Source of the DNA: an uncultured Acidobacteriota bacterium
GTDB taxonomy: Bacteria; Acidobacteriota; Thermoanaerobaculia; Gp7-AA8
Assembly (NCBI GenBank): GCA_963822445.1
Contig: CAWGHO010000002.1
Coordinates: forward strand, 1,760,001 to 1,824,000
Reading direction: 5' to 3'
Length of the DNA stretch: 64,000 nt
The position numbers and the translations under genes are program-made. Shown one piece after another: positions 58,288 to 64,000 of this stretch (its first letter is position 1; each line of letters starts with the position of its first letter). The notes beneath the pieces were generated by a model, which saw only the letters and a list, made by a program, of their open reading frames with translations, ran no database searches and had not been told where the DNA came from.

Positions 58288-59894
58288 GCTTCCGATTCGA
58301 GCTGCCGGATCCTCTCCTTGACCACCACCTCCGCCAGGTCGGGGATGACCTCCCAGGCGATGTTGCGCACGACCTGATCGGACATCAGCTCCACCACGCG
58401 GCGGGCGATGCGATCGACCTGCTCATCGGAGAGGTCGCGCGAGATGGGGATGGAGGGCTCGGAGGACGAGGCCAGCGCGGACGATGCTGCTGCCTGCGGC
58501 TCCTCGGGCTCGGGAGCGGTCGGGGACCAGGAGGGCTGCGGGACCGACTCCGGCTCGGGAGCGGGAAGCTCTTCGAGTGCCGGAGCAGCGGCTTCGGTGC
58601 TGGCGAATGGCGAATCCTGCGGCGAGTCGAGCGAGAAGGCCGGCTCGGGCTCGCTCGGCTCTTCGATGACGGGCGGCGCGGACGGAGCCTGTTCCTCTTC
58701 CTCGGGCGACCACGCCGGAGCAGACGGCGACGCGGCCATCTGCTGGAGGTCGTCGAAGCTCATCTTCGGGAAGGCGCGGGTCTCGCCGCTGAACGCGGCC
58801 GGTTCTGCCGGCTCGTCCCACGGCGAAGCATCGGGCGCGGCTGGCGCGGCCGGCTCCGGCTCGGGCGGAAGGGTCTGCGAGGCCGCGAGCTGCTGGAGGT
58901 CGTCGAAGGACATCTTGGTGAAGGCGCGAGTCTCGCCGCTGAACTCTTCGGCGGGCGGCGGCGCGCCGAACGGCGCATCGGCTTCGGGCTCCTCCGCGGA
59001 CGGCGTGCTGTCGAAGGCCGGCGCGTCGAACATCGGCGCCGCGGTACCAAACGACGATGCGGAAGGCGGCGGTGCGGGCTCGTCCCACGGCGACGGCTCG
59101 GGCGGGGGGGGCGGCGGGGCCTGCGGAACCGGCGGCGGCTCGGGAGCGGATGCACCGGAGGCCATTGCGCGCATCTCTTCGAAGCTCATGCGCGGGAACG
59201 CGCGCGTCTCACCGAACTCTTCGGCCGGTGCAGGTCCGCCGAACGGATCGGAAGACTGATCGGCCGGCTGGGCGGCGGGTGTTTCGAACGGCATGTCGGC
59301 AGGCGCGGCCTGCGACGGCGCGGCGCCGAAGATGTCGTTGTCATGCGTGTACGGCAGATTGAGCGCCGGCACGGCCTCGGTCGCACTGCTGAACGGCGAC
59401 AGCGGCGCGGGGCGCGAGGCCGGTGGCGGCGGAGCCGGGGTTGGTGTTTCGTCGAGCCACGGCGAGGCCGCCGGCTCCGGAGCGGAGGGTGCGGCGGCAG
59501 GCGCGGCGGCAACGGGAGCGCTCTGGGCCTGCGAGATGAGTTCTTCGACTTTGTGAATGAGGCTCTGCGACTCGAACGGCTTGGTGACCACCGCGTCGCA
59601 TCCGGCCTTCTCCGCGCGATCGGGATCGAACGGCTCGAACGTGCCCGTCAGCAGGATCACCGGGATGGAACGGTACTCAGGATGCGACTTCACGTACTCA
59701 CAGACTTCGTACCCGTTCTTCTCCGGCATGATGATGTCGGAGAGGATGATGTCGGGTCGCATCTCGGCCAGTTTCTGTACCGCTTTCGCGCCGTTGTTGA
59801 CGGCGGTGACTTCGTAGTCGCCGTCCGAAAACGTCAGCTCGACCACTTTTTGTATGGTGATACTGTCATCCGCAAGAAGGATCTTTTTCGGCAT
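58284..59894 (-). CDS. RomR-like response regulator (receiver, Pro/Glu-rich linker, conserved C-terminal helix)
   Basis: ILLADDS...DIIMP...KPF receiver; C-terminal IAWEVIPDLAEVVVKERI. Confidence 0.8.
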   Translation of the reverse strand: MPKKILLADDSITIQKVVELTFSDGDYEVTAVNNGAKAVQKLAEMRPDIILSDIIMPEKNGYEVCEYVKSHPEYRSIPVILLTGTFEPFDPDRAEKAGCDAVVTKPFESQSLIHKVEELISQAQSAPVAAAPAAAPSAPEPAASPWLDETPTPAPPPPASRPAPLSPFSSATEAVPALNLPYTHDNDIFGAAPSQAAPADMPFETPAAQPADQSSDPFGGPAPAEEFGETRAFPRMSFEEMRAMASGASAPEPPPVPQAPPPPPPEPSPWDEPAPPPSASSFGTAAPMFDAPAFDSTPSAEEPEADAPFGAPPPAEEFSGETRAFTKMSFDDLQQLAASQTLPPEPEPAAPAAPDASPWDEPAEPAAFSGETRAFPKMSFDDLQQMAASPSAPAWSPEEEEQAPSAPPVIEEPSEPEPAFSLDSPQDSPFASTEAAAPALEELPAPEPESVPQPSWSPTAPEPEEPQAAASSALASSSEPSIPISRDLSDEQVDRIARRVVELMSDQVVRNIAWEVIPDLAEVVVKERIRQLESEA

Positions 59895-59960
59895 TGATCT
59901 GGCTCCGATGATTTCGAAGCAAGCTACCACGTTAACCAATGCCCGACAAGCGGTTACGGG

Positions 59961-60629
59961 ATGTCTGAACCCTTCCTGATCTTCGGTCATCGGGGTGCTC
60001 CGAAGCGGTTCAAAGAGAACACGCTGGCGGCCTTCGAAGAGACCATTCGCGTAGGCGCCGACGGCTTCGAAACCGACCTCCGCCTGCTCTTCGATCGCAC
60101 CGCCGTGCTCTTCCACGACGATGAGCTTTCGGAGGCCGACATCGAGTCTCTGACCTTCTCCCAATGCGCCGAGCGGGGAGCAACGGTCGAGCGGTTGTCG
60201 GACCTGGCGCGGTTCGCTGGACGGACGACGATGATCCTCGAGGTGAAGCGCGCGAAGTGGGAGGAAGCGCTGCTCGAAGAGGTGAGCGCGTGGCCGGACG
60301 TCGTGATCGCGTCGTTCGATCACTCGGTGGTCACCACCTTGCGGGCCCGAGGCGCAGCGATCCCCCTCGGCATCACCTTTCACGGCTACATCGTCGACGT
60401 TGCCGAATACGCGGCGCGCATCGGCGCGAGCTGGTGCTTTCCGAACTATCACTACGTCAGCGCGGAGATGGTCGACTCACTGCACCAGCGCGGCATCAAG
60501 GTCGTTCCCTGGACCGCGAATCGGACACACGAGTGGGAGCGATTGCGCGACGCCGGCTGCGACGGGATCATCACCGACTACCCCGGCGAGGCTGTCGAAT
60601 GGCGAGCGGGTCTGCCGTCATCGCCTTGA
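59961..60629 (+). CDS. Glycerophosphodiester phosphodiesterase family protein
   Basis: GHRGA, ENTL, ETD, HD, LEVK, WTAN, DGIITDYP. Confidence 0.92.
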   Translation: MSEPFLIFGHRGAPKRFKENTLAAFEETIRVGADGFETDLRLLFDRTAVLFHDDELSEADIESLTFSQCAERGATVERLSDLARFAGRTTMILEVKRAKWEEALLEEVSAWPDVVIASFDHSVVTTLRARGAAIPLGITFHGYIVDVAEYAARIGASWCFPNYHYVSAEMVDSLHQRGIKVVPWTANRTHEWERLRDAGCDGIITDYPGEAVEWRAGLPSSP

Positions 60630-60687
60630 ATTTGCTACACTTCGCAACCTTCACCACAACATCGCAGCCGTGAGGGAGGGTGCGGAC

Positions 60688-60882
60688 ATGAAGACCTGGG
60701 AATACAAGATCATCAACGTCCGGTCGGAGAATTACTCGATGGACCCGCGGCGCGCCGAAGAGCTGAACCGCCTCGGCGATGAAGGGTGGGAGCTGGTGAG
60801 CATCACCTCCATCAACTTCAAAACCGGCGCGACCGACCACATCGGCATGGTCTTCAAGCGAGAGAAAGCGGCCGCGCACTAG
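60688..60882 (+). CDS. DUF4177 small protein
   Basis: WEYK...LNRLGDEGWELVS...FKR. Confidence 0.85.
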   Translation: MKTWEYKIINVRSENYSMDPRRAEELNRLGDEGWELVSITSINFKTGATDHIGMVFKREKAAAH

Positions 60883-60984
60883 TCGCTAGTCGTTACTGGC
60901 TAGTCGTTAGTAGTAAGTTCGTCGCTCGAAGCTCGTCCGGTTCGGTTCTACTAACGACTAATCACTAACGACTAACGACTGACT
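60879..60984. repeat. Inverted arrays of heptamer TAGTCGT/ACGACTA
   Basis: TAGTCGCTAGTCGTTA... and CTAACGACTA...CTAACGACTAACGACT. Confidence 0.72.
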
Positions 60985-60985
60985 G

Positions 60986-62518
60986 ATGCCCCGCCCCTTC
61001 CTGATTCTCATCGTTCTCGACGGCTTCGGCTGCCGCAGCGAGCGGGAGTTCAACGCGATCGCGCAGGCCGAAACGCCGCGTTTTTCCCGGCTCTGGCACG
61101 AGCACACCTGGACCACGCTCGAAGCGTCCGGCCTCGCCGTGGGGTTGCCGGAAGGGCAGATGGGGAACTCCGAGGTGGGGCATCTGAACATGGGGGCGGG
61201 GCGGGTCATCGATCAGGACATCGTCCGCATCTCCAAGTCCATCCGCGGCCATGAGCTCGAGACGAACGCGACCTTCGTCGATGCGGTGAAGGGCTCGCGC
61301 AACGTGCATCTCACGGGACTGCTCTCCGACGGCGGCGTGCACTCGCTGCAGGAGCACCTGCACGGAATGATCGACGCCGCGCTGGCCCTCGGCGCGGAAA
61401 ACGTGTTCGTTCACGCCATCCTCGACGGCCGCGACACGCCACCGAAATCAGCAGAGCGTTACCTCGGCCATCTGCTCGCGCACATCAAAGACAAGCCGAA
61501 GGCGCGGCTGGCGACGGTCATCGGCCGCTACTTCGCCATGGACCGCGATCATCGCTGGGAGCGCGTCCAGCGCGCGTACGACCTGATGACCCTCGGCGTC
61601 GGGACGGAAACGAAAGACCCGATCGAGACCATGCGCCGCTTTTACGAACAGGGCGTGACCGACGAGTTCATGGAGCCGATCTCCGTCATCACCCCGGAAG
61701 GTTCGCATCTCGGCCGCGTCGAAGACGGCGACGCGCTGCTCTTCTTCAACTTCCGCGCGGACCGGATGCGCCAGATCGTGATCGCCTTCAAAGACGAGCA
61801 CTTCACGCCGTTCAACCGCGCCGTGCATCCGCGGACGCGCGTGGTGACGATGAATCAGTACCACGAGAAGTTCGACCTTCCCGTCGTCTACCCACCCGTC
61901 GCATGCATCAACAACCTCGGCCAGGTGATCTCACGCGCCGGGCTGACGCAGCTTCGGATCGCCGAGACCGAGAAGTACGCGCATGTCACGTTCTTCTTCA
62001 ACGGCGGGTCCGATCTGAAGTTCGACGGTGAAGATCGCATCCTCGTCCCCTCGCCGAAAGTCGCGACGTACGATCTCAAGCCGGAGATGTCGGTGTTCGA
62101 AGTGACGGACAAGGTCGTCGAGGCGATCGCGGCGCGAAAGTACGACGTGGTGATCATGAACATCGCCAACCCCGACATGGTCGGTCACACCGGCGTCATG
62201 GATGCCGCGGTGAAGGCCGTTCGCGACACGGACATCGCGGTCGGACGGATTCTCGATTGGGTAGAGAAAGTTGACGGCGTGGCGTTGATTACGGCAGACC
62301 ACGGAAACTGCGAATTGATGTTCGACACGGCCACGGGCCAGCCGCACACCGCGCACACGACGAATCCCGTGCCGCTGATCCTCGTCGATGCGAAGAAACG
62401 GTTCGGAACGCTGCGCGGCGGCGGCGTGCTGTCGAACGTGGCGCCGACGATTCTCACCATTCTCGGCATCGACAAGCCGGCGGAGATGACTGCCGAGTCG
62501 CTGCTGGTGCCGGCGTGA
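60986..62518 (+). CDS. gpmI: 2,3-bisphosphoglycerate-independent phosphoglycerate mutase
   Basis: LDGFG, GQMGNSEVGH, DGGVHS, AETEKYAHVTFF, NPDMVGHTG, TADHGN. Confidence 0.97.
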   Translation: MPRPFLILIVLDGFGCRSEREFNAIAQAETPRFSRLWHEHTWTTLEASGLAVGLPEGQMGNSEVGHLNMGAGRVIDQDIVRISKSIRGHELETNATFVDAVKGSRNVHLTGLLSDGGVHSLQEHLHGMIDAALALGAENVFVHAILDGRDTPPKSAERYLGHLLAHIKDKPKARLATVIGRYFAMDRDHRWERVQRAYDLMTLGVGTETKDPIETMRRFYEQGVTDEFMEPISVITPEGSHLGRVEDGDALLFFNFRADRMRQIVIAFKDEHFTPFNRAVHPRTRVVTMNQYHEKFDLPVVYPPVACINNLGQVISRAGLTQLRIAETEKYAHVTFFFNGGSDLKFDGEDRILVPSPKVATYDLKPEMSVFEVTDKVVEAIAARKYDVVIMNIANPDMVGHTGVMDAAVKAVRDTDIAVGRILDWVEKVDGVALITADHGNCELMFDTATGQPHTAHTTNPVPLILVDAKKRFGTLRGGGVLSNVAPTILTILGIDKPAEMTAESLLVPA

Positions 62519-62521
62519 GGA

Positions 62522-62624
62522 CGTACGGCGGGCGTCCCGCCCGCTTCGCGCGGCGCGTCACGCGCCGCGCTGATCCCGCCGGGCCAGCGGCCCGTCGCAA
62601 AGCGGGCGAGACGCCCGCCGTACG
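62522..62624. repeat. Intergenic family C multi-hairpin REP element
   Basis: CGTACGGCGGGCGTCCCGCCCGCTT ... AAGCGGGCGAGACGCCCGCCGTACG. Confidence 0.82.
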
Positions 62625-62636
62625 CGGAGGGCACCC

Positions 62637-63233
62637 GTGACCCGCCAGCTCATCCTCGTCCGCCACGGCGAGACGCTGCACAACGTCGCGGGGATCGCCC
62701 AGGGCTGGAACGACAGCGAGCTCTCCGATCGCGGCAAGCAGCAGGTCAGCAAGCTCGCGGAGCGGCTGCGCAAGTACAACCCCGACGCGCTGTTCTCCTC
62801 ACCCCTCGGCCGCGCGTTGTCCACGGCGACGGCGATCATGGACATCCTGAAGATGGAGATCCAGGTTCTCGAAGATCTTCGCGAGATGAGCTACGGGGGC
62901 TGGGAGAACCGGTCCTTTCTCGACATCCGCCGCGACGAGCCCAGCGTCTACGAGAGCTGGATCGCCGATCCGGACGCGCCCAGCCCCGACGGCGAGTCCC
63001 ACAATCACGTTCGCGCGCGCATGGAGCGGGCTTTCGAGGCCGTTGCTGCGGCGGAACGTCCGGTGCTGGTCACACACGGAACGGCCATTCGCATCGCCGC
63101 GACGGCGCTGCTCGATGTGCCGGTCATGACCTCGCGAAACTTCGCCCAGGACAACGCGGCCATCAACATCTTCAACTGGCGCACCGACCGCTGGGTCCTG
63201 AAAATCTGGAACGACACGACGCATTGCGGATGA
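62637..63233 (+). CDS. Histidine phosphatase family protein
   Basis: RHGET, SSPLGRA, LREMSYGGWE, VTHG. Confidence 0.9.
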   Translation: MTRQLILVRHGETLHNVAGIAQGWNDSELSDRGKQQVSKLAERLRKYNPDALFSSPLGRALSTATAIMDILKMEIQVLEDLREMSYGGWENRSFLDIRRDEPSVYESWIADPDAPSPDGESHNHVRARMERAFEAVAAAERPVLVTHGTAIRIAATALLDVPVMTSRNFAQDNAAINIFNWRTDRWVLKIWNDTTHCG

Positions 63234-63236
63234 TGA

Positions 63237-64000
63237 ATGATTCTCGAATCGATACACGAAGAGCTGACTGAAACCCTCAAGACGCGCGTGCTGACGATGT
63301 TCGGTCACGCCATCGACCGGCTCGTGCTGCAGGCGCCGCCGAAGTTGAACATGGGCGATCTGGCCACGCCGGTCGCGCTGGAACTGGCCAAGGCGTTGAA
63401 GCGCAAGCCGCGGGAAATCGCCGAACAGCTGTCCAACGGCATGCACCTTCCGCTGTTCGTCGAGCGGGTCACGGTCGAGGGGGCGGGCTACCTCAACTTT
63501 CACTTCGATCGCGGTGCGTTCACCGCCCAGCATTTCCGCAACGTCATGGCCGCGCCGCCACCGACCGGCACGCGCGTCATCGTCGAGCACACGAACATCA
63601 ATCCCAACAAAGCCGCGCACATCGGTCACCTCCGCAACGCCGTCCTCGGCGACACCTACGTCCGCTGCGCGAAATGGCTCGGCGACCACGTCGAGACGCA
63701 GAACTACATCGATGACACGGGCGTGCAGGTCGCGGACGTGGTGGTTGCGTTCGAGCGGCTGGAAAAGAAGTCGTATGCCGACGTGCAGCGGCTGATTGAA
63801 ACGACCGAGCGCTTCGACTATCTGTGCTGGGACGTCTACTCGAAGATGGCCCAGTACTACGCCGATCATCCCGAGGCTCAGGAGTGGCGGAAAGAGACCC
63901 TGCATAAGGTCGAGAAGCAGGAAGGGGAGACGGCGCAGCTCGCGGCGCTCATCGCCCGGAACATCGTCCATCGCCACCTGAAGACGATGCTGCGGCTGGA
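63237..64000 (+). CDS. argS: Arginine--tRNA ligase (3'-truncated by window edge)
   Basis: Manual translation: MILESIH...GDLAT...GAGYLNF...VEHTNINPNKAAHIGHLRN (HIGH motif)...YIDDTGVQ. Confidence 0.93.
   Translation, partial: MILESIHEELTETLKTRVLTMFGHAIDRLVLQAPPKLNMGDLATPVALELAKALKRKPREIAEQLSNGMHLPLFVERVTVEGAGYLNFHFDRGAFTAQHFRNVMAAPPPTGTRVIVEHTNINPNKAAHIGHLRNAVLGDTYVRCAKWLGDHVETQNYIDDTGVQVADVVVAFERLEKKSYADVQRLIETTERFDYLCWDVYSKMAQYYADHPEAQEWRKETLHKVEKQEGETAQLAALIARNIVHRHLKTMLRL

Overview
High-GC bacterial chromosome segment. It is probably Acidobacteriota (Thermoanaerobaculia-like), inferred from an Acidobacterial-type VWA protein, a RomR-like regulator and the general gene content. Most genes are housekeeping: rlmN, thpR, aspA plus two-subunit fumarase, clpB, asnB, purB, rlpA, ndk, pgk, gap, mtnA, M16 peptidases, dNK-panBCD, RNB nuclease, pxpBC, gpmI, argS, tRNA-Cys and tRNA-Pro. 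Accessory blocks are a GT2/small beta-protein/ECF block (1-4.7 kb), an ABC transporter-Ser/Thr kinase-FHA regulator block, two ArnT/PMT-type glycosyltransferases facing a Thr-rich lipoprotein, and a Phd-PIN islet after tRNA-Pro. Most notable: (1) several REP/MITE-like palindrome families occur both between genes and in-frame inside coding sequences (rlpA signal peptide, an ArnT-like loop, pxpBC); (2) a structured panB leader (pan-motif-like stem plus an SD-sequestering hairpin) shares an operon with a PanD homolog lacking most catalytic residues; (3) a HAIR-like operator lies upstream of clpB. Four single-base frameshifts in otherwise intact genes are most likely assembly errors. All calls come from manual reading and motif recall; no database searches were run.
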